Positions 1-13,234 of a stretch of DNA of 64,000 bases are shown here, one piece after another (the first letter of the stretch is position 1; every line of letters begins with the position of its first letter). The notes under the pieces were generated by a model. That model worked only from the letters and a program-made list of their open reading frames with translations, did not search any database and was not told where the DNA came from. The DNA is from Lama glama. Taxonomy: Eukaryota. The translations under genes and the position numbers were made by a program. Location: contig CM052817.1 in the NCBI GenBank assembly GCA_028534125.1, positions 7,256,001 to 7,320,000 on the forward strand, read 5' to 3'.

Positions 1-70
1 TATATTCTTTATATATATTTGTATTTTATTATATATATATGTATATATGTATGTATATATATATATATAT
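1..70. repeat. (TA)n-rich microsatellite / low-complexity tract
   Basis: Visible tatatata/tatgta runs. Confidence 0.9.
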
Positions 71-569
71 TTCTTCCAGTGTCTGCCCCATAATTCTCTT
101 CTACCAAAACAAGACCTCTGGAGATACAGAGATTAGTAAAAGGTAAAGTGATGCTGCATTTGCCAAAAATCACACTCACACATTTTCTATATTCGACCAC
201 AAACTTTCGTCTCCAAAATATTCAGACGATAAAATTTGTTTCATGATATTTATCGGGACCCTGTCAGCATTTAAATAACCTGATTCAGTATATGAGAGTA
301 GGTTTTTCTGGGTTTATGCAAGGACAGATTTAAAATTATGAAAAGGAAATGTAGGAAGCAAGAAAGGTACTTTCCATTTATTGAACACTACTTTGTACCA
401 GTTTCTAGATAGGAATTATAAAATTTCTTTAATTTAAATTAAAATTTTCTACTAAACATTAAGAGAAATGGAAGAATGATCTCCTATATTTGAGTAACAT
501 ATGAGAAATCACACAACACGAAAGTGTGAAAAAGAGGAAGAAGGTCCAGAACCTGACAGCCAGGGAAAA

Positions 570-775
570 GGCCAACTCCTGTACCTACAAGCTGTGGGAA
601 CTTAAGTCAGATATTTAACTTCTCTGTGCATCAATTTTGTTCCAAAAATGAGAATAATAATATCTGAATCCTGAGTTTATTTTAAGAAACAAATATGAGC
701 CAATATATGTAAAGGATTTCAACCAATGGCTGGCCCATTGTAGACTTTTTACATAGGTGTTCATTAAATAAATTA
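570..775 (+). mobile_element. MIR SINE (degenerate)
   Basis: MIR core-like agctgtgggaacttaagtcagatatttaacttctctgtgcatcaatttt…aaaatgagaataataata; boundaries approximate. Confidence 0.6.
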
Positions 776-1546
776 AATTAATAATTCCGACCCCATTACT
801 AGTTTCCCTGCTGGACACCAAGTGTACAACAATATGGGAACACATTGAGAGGTCTCTGAGTCTTGCCTTTTCTTTTTGTTTTGGTTGCCTTTGGATTTTG
901 GCTTACTAGGTTTTTCTTTTGTTCATTTTGTTTTTGTTGAATTCCTAGCACATGGGAAAACTGAAACCCAAAATAAATGAAACCCATCAAAGCCAAGGTT
1001 TCTAATTCCTTGAATGTTTCAAACTAAGACTCTGGTGAAGAGGTAGAAGATGGCAGTAACTATTGTGTATCACAGCTACCTTTTACTCTTGGAAATACGT
1101 GATTATTTGTATTTCCAATGGGAAAAAATCTTGAAAATGTTTCAAAATGTAATTATGGGTGAGGTTCCCTCTTCGTCTTCCAGAGACTGCATCTTAACTG
1201 TTAGAAGTCTATACAATATTTATAAATTATGACTGTTTTTTCGTTTATATTTTCCCTCATTGTGAATGTTTACTTCTTTAATTGCTTAAAATTTGTTATT
1301 CATTCGAAAAGGCACAGCCAAAATGGCCCCATTGGCTTGCTGTTTGTGTCTTTAAATTTCCTAACTGCCAGTATTCTTATGTCTGATTTGACTATGATTT
1401 TCAACTTCCTGGGATTCTGAATAAGTTCTTGAGACTCCTGAGGTGTCAGATGCATTTGTGAAAGTTCTAACAGAGCTACTAGATTCAACCAAGCTGAACT
1501 TTCCAGCAAACCTAATGTTTATACTTAAGGAAGAAATAGAAATGCA

Positions 1547-1687
1547 AAATAATAATAATTAATAATAATAATAATAAAATAATGAAAATGAATATATGTA
1601 TATTCATGTATGACTGAAAAATTGTACTGTACACCAGAAATTGACAGAATATTGTAAACTGACTATACCTCAAAAAAATAATAAAAA
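1547..1687 (+). mobile_element. 5'-truncated camelid-type L1 3' end with polyA and 16-bp TSD
   Basis: atgaaaatgaatatatgtat…ctgtacaccagaaattgacagaatattgtaaactgactatacctcaaaaaa; TSD aagaaatagaaatgca (1531-1546) vs aagaaatagaattgca (1688-1703). Confidence 0.9.
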
Positions 1688-2769
1688 AAGAAATAGAATT
1701 GCACGTTTTCCCCTCAGTTCCACTCAGTCAGGTAATGGATAGGTCAAAATGATGACTTCAGCTTAGATGAGATACTGCTCAGCCCTTCTAGTAGAGAGGT
1801 AATCATAAAAACGTCCGTTCCCTCTCTCTCTTTCTCTCTCATTTCTTTCTTCTATCCCAAACTTAATCAAATGGAGTCAACAAGAGCTGTCCAACATGCA
1901 GTCAACAAGAGAGCAGTTACAGATTAGACCAGGCATAGGAATGAAACGTTAGATTTAAACATCACAACCTATATTTAACTTTCTCTGTAAGAAAGGGGAA
2001 ATAAACCCTGACTTAAAAGGAAAATCAATAATACAATTAAACAGGATCTCATTATCTTGCCTTTTTAATTAGTCTAATGCTTCTCAATTATTCTCTAATT
2101 TGGATACTTATTGCTGTGCTTTGATATGTATAGAAAACGTGATTTGGTAGAATTCATTTATATGCACCGAAAAATCACATCTGGTGCTTTTCCTTATCAA
2201 ACTATACCTGTTCCCAATACAGGACCTCAAACACATTCAGTCATTAAGAAAGCAGTGATTTTCAGTAGTGTGATTTCCTCCCAAAGACATTTTGTTTAAA
2301 TAAGAAAATCTGTGGGAAGTGGCTTTGTTCCTATGCGCGATTCGTTTGAAGTTTAAAATGTCAGATATTGGCAAGAACCCTGGTAATGCTGCAGGTCGGG
2401 AAAGTAAAGCAAAATAGAGGCTGACTTTTCATTTCCCGCGGAAGACCTGGTATTATTTAGTGATCCTCAGCCCTCTGGCTCCCATCTCTTAAGTGACACG
2501 CTTGCCAGCTGGGGTGGAGATCAATAGGAACACAACTATCACAGCACAGGAAGTCTTTCAATCTAGTCAAGACTAAAAATAGGAGTCCTCTCTGTTTTCT
2601 CATCCAGTCCTTTATTTAAAGGAAAACCCTAGGAAGAAAGTGCGAAATTCACTCGTTCCTCTGAAACAACAATGGAGCAATATTCTATTTCATTTTGGTG
2701 TCCCTTCAAGTGACTGTCCAAACAGTTGGATCTTGTTTTAGAAATATGGAATATGGAGTTGCTGAAAGT

Positions 2770-3280
2770 TGGAAATATGAATTCTAGTGACAAACTAGCA
2801 TATGCCTAAGTGAGGAAGACATTTTGAAAGGGTTCTATAAAATACGACAACTGTGGAATATTAAAAGAATTTATGTTTAAGTCTAGGAACAAGAAGTCTC
2901 GAATAGGGTGGGTTGGTTGCCTTCAAATGTCTGAAAGGATGGCTTGTTGCATTATTAAAAACAGGAAAAAGAAGAGTTTTTTTTGCCATAGTTCACTGGC
3001 TTTATTTTTTTAATTAAAAAGATTTATTAAAATACAGTCCATTACAATGTGTCAATTTCTGGCGTACAGCACAATGTCCCAGTCAGGCATATACACACAT
3101 ACATATAAGAAGAATTTTTGATATTGCCCCAGAAGCCAATTTGGGATAGGTGTATAGAAAGTATAATGAAGGTAATTTATAATAATTAGAATAATGTAGC
3201 ACTGAAATTGTCTGCCTTATGAAAAGCATTTCCTTTATTCCCTGGAGACATTCAAGACAAGGCTAGAAGGCCAACCTATT
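2770..3280 (+). mobile_element. L3/CR1 LINE 3' fragment, interrupted by a young L1
   Basis: atgtttaagtctaggaacaagaagtctc…gccttcaaatgtctgaaagg…ccctggagacattcaagacaaggctaga resembles the L3 3' end. Confidence 0.6.
2981..3106 (-). mobile_element. Camelid-type L1 3' end with short probable 3' transduction
   Basis: Reverse complement of the L1 tail (tacaatgtgtcaatttctggcgtacagcacaat); TSD aagaagagtttt (2969-2980) vs aagaagaatttt (3107-3118). Confidence 0.85.
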
Positions 3281-4364
3281 CATTAAATTCCCTTCAACGA
3301 GGGCTGTTCTCTCCTGGAGCACAGGGAAGATATGATGTATGATAACTGCCTTTTTATTCATTTCCATGCCCTCTACCTGAATGCAAAATAATAACCTAAA
3401 TATTTGAAATGAAAAGCAAAAGTCGAGTGAAATACAAATGTAGTAAAACTCCCCTGTGTTACAGAATCACCCTCGGATATAGAAAGTTTCTGTTTCCCAA
3501 ACTTGCTCCAAGGCAAACTGTAACCTTATGAAAGCTTGTCAGCTGTTGTACAAAACAGAGAAACAAAAAGCATCGCGCGCTCAAGCCAGATTTGGAAAGC
3601 AGGTGAAGTGAAGATAAGAATAAAGAATTTCTTGATTGCAGAAATTTTGAAAGCCTTTAACATGTAAAGGAAAATCTGAATCATTAAAAGGGGCTTAGAA
3701 AGGCAATTTTACCAAATGACTTTTAAAAAGGTTTTTTCTTTCTTTTTTTTTTTCCTTGATCACCTTTAAAAAGTGATCAGCTTTTAGTTCCATACCATAA
3801 AATTTGGAAAGTGATGGATGAGTTCAAAGGGTGGTGTTTATCCTGACATACGAGGATATATGTGGTCAGATAGTGACCAAATTCATCTCTAAGTGGGGAT
3901 AGGGGTGGAACTTTTAATTTCAGGAGGAAACAGGGGTGAAGAGAGTTCACCTATAACAACATAAGTTATTTGTCCCTGGAAATGTGTACACAGGCAGAAA
4001 TCAAGTATAAAATTGCAAGATTCAAATGCCAAGAACACTGGAAATGGAACGATATATGGCACAGGCCAAAGATGGAGATTCAACTAATGAGGTGAAGCTT
4101 TGACAGCAGAACCATAGATAAAGAACGGAGACGCATTGCCAAGAAAAGCTAGAAAGATCTGTGTTTTGTTGTTATGGGCCTGTGATGACATTTTACAAGG
4201 CTGAAAGTACTGAATGATCATGGTGGAGGAGGCCATGGTCAGAATCAGAGAGTCCTAATCACAGTCAATTTGTAGCCCCATCCAAGTCTAGGAATTACTG
4301 AAATGTTTTAGTATCAGATCACTTTCAGTGAAGAAGCAAAGCAGGACTCTGTTCTTGCAAACGT

Positions 4365-4800
4365 GTGTGTTTTAGGCCAGGTTCTCTGGAAACATACTCC
4401 AACATGGAGATCTGTGGGCAGGGGTTTTATTGGCACATACTCTATGCATCCAGGCCTGTGGGGAATGAAGGGTATAATACTGAACAGAAAGGAAATTTCT
4501 ACCTTAACCTCCTTTCCCTCAGAGACAAATGAAGAGCCCAGCTAGTTCTACAGCCCTCCAAGAACTCGAGAGTAGATATGGCCCTTCAGAGATTCCCCAT
4601 ATTCAGACACAAAGTCATCCTTTTATACCTTTTCACTGACCAGTTTTGGGAATGGGCCACCTGCAGGAACAGGTGTGACACTGGGTGAAGTGGCTGTTTT
4701 TGACGAAGAATAAGTCTTGGAAATCAACACACCCAACAGCTCAGTAAATGTGCCCAATTCTTGAAGGAAGTTTCTGAGCGGGGCATCAATGCACCCACTA
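4365..4800 (-). mobile_element. ERVL solo LTR, LTR16A/B-like
   Basis: taggccaggttctctggaaacatactcc…atggagatctgtgggcaggggttttattgg…atggcccttcagag…gaccagttttggg…caacacacccaacagct…gcacccacta follows the LTR16 reverse complement. Confidence 0.75.
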
Positions 4801-5608
4801 GACTTTGTCAGTGTGCACATTATGGAAACTAAATTTCAGAGAGGAAGACAATCATTTTTAGTTATTTTATTGCATGTAAGTAACCAGCAAATACAAAGAA
4901 GTCGTCATATATGAAAGCAATTCCAAGAAACACAAAACTACATGCTATTCTAGGGAAGAAACCCAAGTTTTCTGTGCTCAGTTGTCTCACCATCCTTGTT
5001 CTAATTAAAAAAATTAAAAGATTCCTCCACTATCTAGTTTTTATAAAATACATATATTTTTCAAAATTGAAAGGACCTTGAGTGTTGATGTCAGAAAATT
5101 ATTAACACATTCTCATAGGTGTGCTACATTAAGCTATCACTATATATCCCTTAGACTGTAACTGCAGAGAGCTATTACCTGTGTATAGCAATGAAACTTG
5201 ATGTACAAGAAATTGAAAAGTAATTAAACAGTTATAATGTAAAACTGAATTGGTAATAATCAGACAAGATTATAAATTAATTATAAACGTTTACAGTGAA
5301 ATATAATGGAGGAGCAAACATTGAGAAAAGCAGTGGATTAAAAATCCAAAGCTATAGGTTCCAGGCTCTTTTGATGCATCTTTTTGGACAACTCAATCCA
5401 ATTTGATAAGGTTCAGTTCTTCACCTGAAATTAGACAAGTAATCCTTATACAGCAAGGATTCTAGTTGCAGGGTTTGTTAGAAAGTGGCTAATAAAATAA
5501 TATTAATAAAAAAGCTTTCATTGAGCACAGCTTCTGCCTGTGCTTTTCATGTATACTCTCGTTAAATACTATTTTAACGTTGAGGAAATGGAGATTAGAA
5601 ATTAAATG

Positions 5609-5815
5609 TAGCATAATTGTTAAAGGCGTGGGACTTAGAGACACAGTCAGGTCCAAATTCTGGCTCTGCTTCATAGTTTTATGCCCTTGAGTGAGTGATG
5701 GAGAGTCTCTCTGTGTAAGTTTCCACCTCTGTGGAAATCATAATGCCATCCACCAGGGTATTTACAGGAATTAAAGTGGGTAATGGGAGCAAATGCCTAG
5801 AACAGTGGCTGTTAA
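5609..5815 (+). mobile_element. MIR SINE
   Basis: gtagcataattgttaaaggcgtggg…gtccaaattctggctctgct…gtttccacctctgtggaaat…aaatgcctagaacagtggct. Confidence 0.65.
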
Positions 5816-7710
5816 CTATGGGATCGCCATCATTAGCTAAATATAGGTAAATAAATAAATACAATGTGACTTGTCTAATGTCATGATGTTATATAGGTAA
5901 AAGTTTAAGAAGCTGGAAGCCCAATTACAGAATCTGCATGCCTCACACATTCTAAACATCACATAACTATACATTATTATTAAATGTGAAGGGCTTATAA
6001 AGGAGACTGAAGCAAAGAAACTCTGTAACATTGAAAATGGGTCCCTGACCTCTCAGGTGCTGGTTACAACTGTGAGATCTTAATGTGTGACTTCAGTTTG
6101 TGAATCTATATTGTGGAAATAATTAAAGACCTGTTTCCATCTTTAAGAATGAATTAAATGAGAGACTGCGAGCAAAGTTTTGTCCATCGTTACTGATTAG
6201 TAAGAGTAATCACACTTATCATTATGAGATGCTGTCTTAGTCTTGGCAGGGCACTGGGGCCAGGGCAGCTTCTGGAAGGCTTTGCGGATTCATTACCTAA
6301 GAAGAAAGAGAGTTGGTTGCCATACCACTTTCTGAGGTTGTTTTATTTTGTTTTGTTTTGTTTTCGTTGATTCTCACGACAACACTGCAAACTAACTACT
6401 TGCCATTTTGGTTGGTCAAAAATGGTCAAGTAGTTTCATATGGTCCAAAGTAATCTATAATTCCATTGCAGGGAAGGAAATAGTCCGGGTGGATCAAAGT
6501 AGCCTCTGTGCACTCACTAGAGCAGAGGGTGGTGGAGGCAAGAATAACCCAGTTACGCCTGCTTCAAAACACATATTCTTTTCATTTTCCTTCTCAAAAG
6601 CACAAGTAACACCTTCACGTCCGGAAACGTAACAGTCACGAGCTTTCTTTGTTCCAGATACAGCTGATATTAAAATGCTAATGCACGATAAAGAATAACA
6701 ACTGGAAAACAACGTTTTTTTCTTCTAGTTTAAATGTCACGGCATACAATTATCCCATTCCTGTTTTTCTGGCCTCAGTGCACTTGAGATTGACACTTTA
6801 CATTCTCAAGTTAAACTGTATCATTTGACAGCGTATTGAACATTCAGAGAAAGGCTGAGGAGGCAAAGTCAGAACCTGGCCTTCCCACACATCTCTCAGA
6901 GCAGTAAGAAATGGGAGCTTCGTTATTGGTTTTCAGTAGGCCCGGCTACATCACAAAACCACCATCCCCGAGTTTGGTTGGAACTCCTCAGCCTGCATTG
7001 TGTAAGTGACTGTACTGAGCATCATACTGTTTGTGGGGAAATCTCCCACCTCTATGGTCTTCTTCGTGTCTGCCTGATCGTCTGAGACAAGAATAGCATG
7101 CTATGCCTGTGGGGAAATTTTCCAAGGCTACTGAGAAGATAAATGGTAGAACACAAAATGAACCAGGCTCATTACAGTCTCAAAAAAAAAAAAGGGTAAA
7201 TTGGTCTTCAGAAATGATATAATAGCATTGACATTTTTAATACTTTCTCGTTCAATTGTGGCATTTTATATCAAGATTTTTATAACGTGCAATACAAACA
7301 CATACAAATAATGTATGATGTTTAATATTTTTAACTACATCTCCCCTGGAATCTGCACCCTTCAAGAAAGGCAATTGTTTTTTTTTTTTAAAGCAGTGCT
7401 GACTAAAAGTGAACAGAACAATCACATTCAAAGAAGACGAACAGTCGTTCATTTACTTTGCAGTAGCTGTGCTTTCAGTCTGTACCGTAACAGCCCTAAT
7501 GTCACTTGATCAACTGTGAAAATGCCCCAATTTCTAAGAACTGGTAAAGGCAGACTGCTAATTTGATGCCTTAAATATCTGATGACTGCTAGCTGAAGGG
7601 AAGATTGATTTTTTTCAGAACCAAACACAGTCAATTTCTTGCTAGTGACTCATTTAGAGAAGCGGCTTCTAAACATATTTCCATGACCTGCAATGAGCAT
7701 TCTCAGGGTT

Positions 7711-7810
7711 NNNNNNNNNNNNNNNNNNNNNNNNNNNNNNNNNNNNNNNNNNNNNNNNNNNNNNNNNNNNNNNNNNNNNNNNNNNNNNNNNNNNNNNNNN
7801 NNNNNNNNNN
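7711..7810. other. Assembly gap (100 N)
   Basis: Run of exactly 100 N. Confidence 1.
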
Positions 7811-8084
7811 TCAAAGATAACTTGAGAACTGGTTTATCAATATAAAGATAAGTAAATGCATTTATTAAAACATATAATAGTGTAGAAAGTCTCACTTTAA
7901 AATATTAGATAGAATTTGAGACTCTAAGGAAATGGACAAGACTATAAGGATAAGATAGTCATAATGGTTTTGGTTAATGCATCCAGAAAAATAAGCTCAA
8001 AACTCTATCTACTTCTTACTCTCACCTTTCATCAGTCTTTGCAACTCTGTGATTCCAGACACAGTATGAACTGGGTTCACCAAA

Positions 8085-8245
8085 CTGGTGGTTTTCGATT
8101 CCAATCCTGCATCCTGCTAGCTGTGTGTTGTTAGACAAGATACTTAAAATCCTTGATCCCTTTGACCATAAGTTAGACTATCACAGGTTCATTGACATAG
8201 ATTGTCATTAAATGAGAAAAAAAGAAGAGAGCACTTGACACAGGG
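8085..8245 (+). mobile_element. MIR SINE fragment
   Basis: ttccaatcctgcatcctgctagctgtgtgttgttagacaagatacttaa…attaaatgag…agcacttgacacag. Confidence 0.55.
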
Positions 8246-9499
8246 TCAAAGCCAGAAATGATCAACTGATAACCCTGACCTCCAATCCAGGTTCCTGGTA
8301 GACTCTCTTACTTTGGCATATTGGAAAAAAAAAAGTGTGCCTCTTTTCCTATTTGTCTACATAACTTAGTTGAAGAATCCAACACTTCCCTTTCGTCAGC
8401 CTTCTACGTCTCCTTGCCAAGCCTGCCAAAGTTTGGCAGACTGTGGAACCTCACCTCACCTTTCTCCTGGCCGCACCCACTGTCCCAGCTTCACGCAACG
8501 AGAGCTCAGCCTCTCACCAGCCAGCCTTGTGCTGTATGAGTCCTACCAAGCAGTGAATGTGTTGGGCTAACTTCAGTATCTGTCACCCAAATATGGTCAG
8601 AGTTTATCATGACATGGAAGGAAGAGAGCAGTCTAGACTGACTGACGGAAATAAATAAGGACATAATGGTGATGAGTATTGTTGGCCTGGGAAAGTTGGA
8701 AGGATTTCATGAGATATTCCGGAAAGTATGAGGAAAAAAAAATAAAGACACTAACCTGGTGATTTTATTAAAGCAACAGTAAGTGCTAGTCAAATAGATT
8801 AAAATGATAAAGTGTACTTTTGTTGGCTCGAAATCTCAAGGTCACTAAATTTGAATGAGGGCAGCTTTACAAAGTGTCAGAGATAAAAGAAGAGGCCAAA
8901 CATACACTTTTACTTTTTTGCCCTCACTGTCTCCCTGTCCTTATCAAACGCGATCCACACTGTGGTACCAGCTCCGTCTTTCATCCCGCTCCCAGCTGGT
9001 AGCTGACCCTTCCTTAAGTTATCACAGACTGCTTGAACTTTCTTGAGGAAATCTAGGTCATTTAGATGTGTGGCCTGCTTTTTATATAAAAAAATACAGC
9101 AAGAGAAAAATCTTATAATTTTAAAGTTTACAAAATGCCTCTGCTTACACTCTCTGCAAGCTCTGGAACATGGATCTTTTAAAGTAAAAGTGAAACAGGA
9201 GACAAGGAAAACATTGCTTCCTTTAGCTGAGCGATTGACCATGTTTATTCAGTCTTCACCAATGTCAGTATCAGGAATTGGGGTAAGTATCCTGATGAGA
9301 CTTTAGGTCATCCCAAATATTTCAGGGAGAGAGAGGAAACTATGCTGTGATAAGTCCTCTGATTTTGATGCTCTCAGGCTGGTTTGAGGGAAAGAAGATT
9401 ACCAAAAATTCTAGAAGTAGGCAAAGGAGAAAAGGTTCCTAGACAACCACATATGTAAACTAGCATCCAAAACTAAGAATGAATTTGGTTTACAGGGCA

Positions 9500-9996
9500 T
9501 GATAGGTGGGCTGGATAATTGTCCACCCACTCTAAGTATGCCCATGCCCTAATCCTGGGAACCTGAATGCTACCTTATATGGCTAAAGGGACTTTGTGGA
9601 TGTGTTTCAGTTAAGGATCTTGAGATGGGAAGATCATCCTGGGGGATCTGGGTTGGCCTGATCTAATCACAACTGTCTTTAAAAGGGCAACCCGGGAGGA
9701 GTCAGCATTAGACAAGAAGGCAAGGTGATGATGGGAGCAGAGATTAGAGTGATGCTTTTGGAAGATGGAGGAGAGAACCAGCCAAGGCATATGTGCAACC
9801 ACTAGAAGGTGAAAAAGACATGTGAACAGATCCTCCCCTCAGAATCCAGAAGAAACCAGCCTTGGTGACATGCGTTTGTCCAGATAAGACTGATTTCAGA
9901 CTTCTGACTTCCAGAATCATGAATAAATAAATGTGTGTTGTTTTAAGCCACTGAGTGTGTGGTGATTTTTTATAGTAGCAAGAGAAAACCAATATA
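9500..9996 (+). mobile_element. ERVL-MaLR solo LTR, MLT1D-like, near full length
   Basis: catgccctaatcctgggaacctg…ggctaaagggactttg…ttaaggatcttgagatgggaagatcatcctgg…gacttctgacttccagaa…gttgttttaagccactgagt…agcaagagaaaaccaatata. Confidence 0.9.
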
Positions 9997-10899
9997 GAGT
10001 GGTGATGACAACTCTCTCTAATGAGATGCTTAGGTAAATACAGATTATAACGGGCTACTTTTGGAGTGAGCATTATTTTTTGTAATATTTGCTAAACATT
10101 TCTATTTTAGTAATATTTAACTTGCATACCAGGTTGTTTAAAGATATTTAAGCTCAACATTTGCCTCTTACAAAACTTCCCTTCTCAAAGGCCACTGAAA
10201 ATATAAACAGTTTGTCTTTACCATGACATTTCATTTTTTGAAGGCAAAGAAAATATTGTAAGTTCAGGAAGATGACAATAGAGAGAGTGTATAAGAAATT
10301 TCTATAAATTTTTTTCTATTGCTCCCAACTCTACTTCTCAAATATGAATGAACTCTACCTCTCTAGGGAAGAATTTAAGAATTAAAGGATGACTTACATT
10401 TAAACTTTTCCAGCAGCGCAAAAATTACACCAACACAGTGTTATTTCTGATCATTGCTAAAAAAAGAATAAGTTGTCATCACACTCTCTAAACCACATCT
10501 ATTCATGAGTCCCTCATACAAATCCAAAAGCACATCTTGCCATCATGTTAAATTCAACTCCTAAACAGGAACGTATTGAAATCTAACGGAGAAGTCAGCC
10601 AGCTGCTTTCAAACTGGAGAATGCATGGTGTTCTACTTTATGTTACAAGATGGATTTAAAAAGTGTTGATCCTCAGTTGGAACCTCTTTTCTTTTCACTT
10701 GAGGGCCCTGAAGGGCCACATGAGCATGTAGAAGTGATGTTAATTTCTCTTGGTTACAGGTTCTTTCCCTACCATTTGTAATCTCTCACTTCACCAAGGT
10801 GCAGACATGGATTATTTGGTTTGCTGAATAAAATCTTTGTAGTCTTGACTCTGCCCATCATGCCAACTTCTTCTCATCGTGTTCTCTCCGTCACTCCCA

Positions 10900-11150
10900 A
10901 AGCTTGAGACACCTGGGCAGACTCCTAAGCAATGTCAAACTCTCTTTCACCTAATGACCCTTGTACGTGTTGTTTCACATGCCTGCAATGCTCCTCCTCT
11001 GGGACCTCACATCACTGAGTCTCACCTTTATTTCCTCACATCAGTTTCACCTTCTAGGAGAAATCTTTCCTTGAGCCTTCTGAAGTAGGACCCAGCTCCT
11101 TTCTCTGTCACATCCCCCTGATCATGTCCTTCACAGCAGTAACATTTGAG
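10900..11150 (+). mobile_element. L2 LINE 3' fragment
   Basis: acccttgtacgtgttgtttcacatgcctgcaatgctcctcct…tcaccttctaggagaaatctttccttga resembles the L2 3' region. Confidence 0.5.
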
Positions 11151-11739
11151 ATAAAGTTTCTACATGGCTACTGGGACAACACAAATGCCTGCACAATGAT
11201 CCACCCCACTCACTCCTCTATTCATCTCATTTTGAACATGTCATCTCCTTAAACATCCTTCCTAAGAGCAGAGTGTCCATTGTTGGTTCTAGAGTTGTAG
11301 AAAAAAAGGTCTATAGGTGCTTATTATTTTCCCAGAAGTTTTGTTTGATTTTCCTGTCAAATGAAATAGCAACAGCATCACCTTTTGTCCCTTACTTATA
11401 AAATACTTTCTGGGCCACTGGCCTTTTCCTTAGCTCAAGGTCACAAAAAGACAAGCTAATCGTGAAAAACTAACCACCAATAGCTGATTCACTTTCCTAG
11501 CAATTCTTATTGACACATTTATGGATGCACCATGAATAAATAAGTTAAATAAATAAACAAATAAATAAATTTTAAAAATAAACACACTATATTTTCTGCT
11601 ATTAAATTTAAAAATATATCAATGATATATTGATGATTTTATAAGAAAATATAAATTTCTTTAATAGAGATGTAATAAAAACCCTGAAGAGGACAAAGTT
11701 TTGGACAAAATAATCAGTTATTAGAATTCAAACAATTAT

Positions 11740-12010
11740 TTCCAGAAAGGCTCTGAGTATAGGTAGTTGAATAAGTTGTTAACTTTTACATATTTTCTAG
11801 AAATAACTAATAAAATGTGAGTATGTTCATGCTACATAAGTTGTTTTAGAGCACAGAAAGTCTTTTCCCAGTTATGTTCATGCTATGAAAATTACACAGA
11901 AAGCCTTTTCCCAGTTCATTTTTCTAAATTAGGATAGCCCTGATATCAAAAGGTAGTAAAAATATGATGCATACACAACTGCAAGCCAGCCTCAAATGTA
12001 AGTAGCTGTA
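11740..12010 (+). mobile_element. Old L1 ORF2 fragment
   Basis: aagttgttttagagcacagaaag…cccagttcattt…atagccctgatatcaaaag…aactgcaagccagcctca resembles the L1 RT stretch KLFQ…PNSFYEASITLIPK…NYRPISL. Confidence 0.45.
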
Positions 12011-13074
12011 CAGACACAGTCATATATGTGCGCTTGAACGCCAGCAGTATGTTAGGTAATTATTTTCTACGGGTTCATTTCTACATTTGTAAAATCTAAA
12101 TTATAATATTTATTCCTAAGATGTAGCTACGAAAAAATACCTGCAATGAAACTGGTACTTGATAATTAAAAATAATTTAACATGCATTCACCTCTGACCT
12201 GTGCTTAGTGCTGTGTGTAGGACAATGCCCACCCCTTCCTGGAAGATCATCATGCAGGGCCCCCTTCAGACAAAGGAGCTGGCCTTTTGCATCGAACCAC
12301 AGCCTGTCCAGATGGGCTGAGCGGGAGAGTTTCCTGACACAAATTTTTGTTCTGCTGTTTCCCTGCTTAAAGAGTAAAGGTAAATATCTTCAGTACATGA
12401 AAGTTCACCTGTCGAGGAGGGGATGACATTAGACTTGCACCAGGCTCATCTCTTCCCGGTTATGCACCCAAAAGTTCTTTGCCAAGAAAGGTCCTGTGGC
12501 TGGCAAAAACATTACAAATCCTGGCATTCAAAATTATGTTCTTCTTAACCTGACTTTGTAGTTTATTTCTAAATCAAGTCCAAGCTCATTTTGAAAGGAA
12601 AAACAGTCAAGGTGAGAGGTTCTGAAAACAGATATGAATGTTGCCTCCTTTTATCCCCTGGCCGTTCTTATAGTCGAGAATGTAGTTTCGGGGGTTTTAT
12701 TACACCACTCATCACCAGGAAGTTCTGGATGCTAAATTATTTTATGAAAGTCCCTGGGTCATACTCCTAGATAATGTGTCATTTTAATAGCCTTTCCTAG
12801 CTTTTACCAAAGTAGTTTTTAGCATTTGCCTTTTCATTTATTTATTCTTGTAGGAAGGAAGGGAGTGGGTGTAGATTGCATAATAGATGATATGTGAAAA
12901 TTATCCAGTGCAATTTAAAGGCAACAGAGGTATCTTTTACAAAGAAAACAATACATGTACATATTTACTGAAAATAATTGCTGAAAGAGAAATGAATGCC
13001 AGGAATTCCCCTCAGCATGATCTATTGTCTTCTTCCATGCACAGCTGGGAGGACAGAGGGTAAAAGACAATGTT

Positions 13075-13234
13075 ATGGTGCATCAACCATGTTAGGTGCC
13101 AATCAACGCTCGAGTGTTTTAGAGATGTGGTTTGTATTTAAACCTTTCATAATCTCTGTGAAGTCCATTGTATCATTATCCATAATTACAGTTGCCTGTA
13201 TTGGGTCTAAGAGGGAATAAATAATGCACCCCCT
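13075..13234 (-). mobile_element. MIR SINE, interrupted by the adjacent LTR
   Basis: catgttaggtgcc…tcataatctctgtgaagt…attatccataattacagttg…ggtctaagaggg; resumes as caagttacac at about 13669. Confidence 0.55.

Noticed and set aside
10760..10818. Possible small exon after tttctcttggttacag
   Set aside because: Weak donor candidates and no recognisable peptide.
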